From the NCBI GenBank assembly GCA_029935075.1, contig JAOZKZ010000004.1, positions 1 through 33,201 of the forward strand: a DNA stretch of 33,201 nt, written 5' to 3'. This DNA is from Campylobacterales bacterium (GTDB lineage Bacteria; Campylobacterota; Campylobacteria; Campylobacterales; QNZT01). The translations under genes and the position numbers were made by a program. Below, piece after piece: positions 33,165 through 33,201 of this stretch (the stretch's first letter is position 1; every line of letters starts with the position of its first letter). Below the pieces are notes generated by a model, which had not been told where the DNA came from, ran no database searches, and saw only the letters and a program-made list of their open reading frames with translations.

Positions 33165-33201
33165 CCTCGTCTAGCCTGCCATAGACCCAGCCTTGTTTAA
33201 G

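Noticed and set aside
1-33201. tRNA genes or stop-codon reassignment
   Set aside because: No cloverleaf/T-loop consensus noticed in the short intergenic gaps; core genes are intact in the standard code and all three stops are used

Overview
A 33 kb piece of an AT-rich T4-like (Tevenvirinae/Eucampyvirinae-grade) myophage genome. The early promoter consensus TTTAAG-N7-8-TGGTATAAT suggests a Campylobacterota host (inference). The window holds the head module (gp13 neck, gp20 portal, prohead core candidate, gp21 protease, gp22 scaffold, gp23 major capsid, gp2, gp4) under T4-type TATAAATA late promoters. Five free-standing homing-endonuclease genes and two minus-strand blocks of small early ORFs interrupt it. 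The larger block includes RNA-repair and nucleotide enzymes (HD+kinase, Rnl2, Nudix, dNMP kinase, HAD, receiver-like phosphatase). Main unexplained signals: (1) twelve otherwise unrelated small proteins, ten of them in one tandem array, all end in the tag [Y/H/N]PE[Y]x L-stop. (2) A conserved ~85-nt structured leader with a covarying loop-to-RBS pseudoknot precedes three different GIY-YIG genes. Each of these cassettes is flanked by a duplication that rebuilds the host signal it interrupts (late promoter, RBS, or a recoded gene start). An unrelated leader with the same logic precedes the Hef-like nuclease. (3) A 6-7 member paralog family has conserved blocks and variable inserts. (4) One protein is present both as an early copy and as a late copy with a capsid-targeting-like leader. 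All assignments are by eye; no searches were run.
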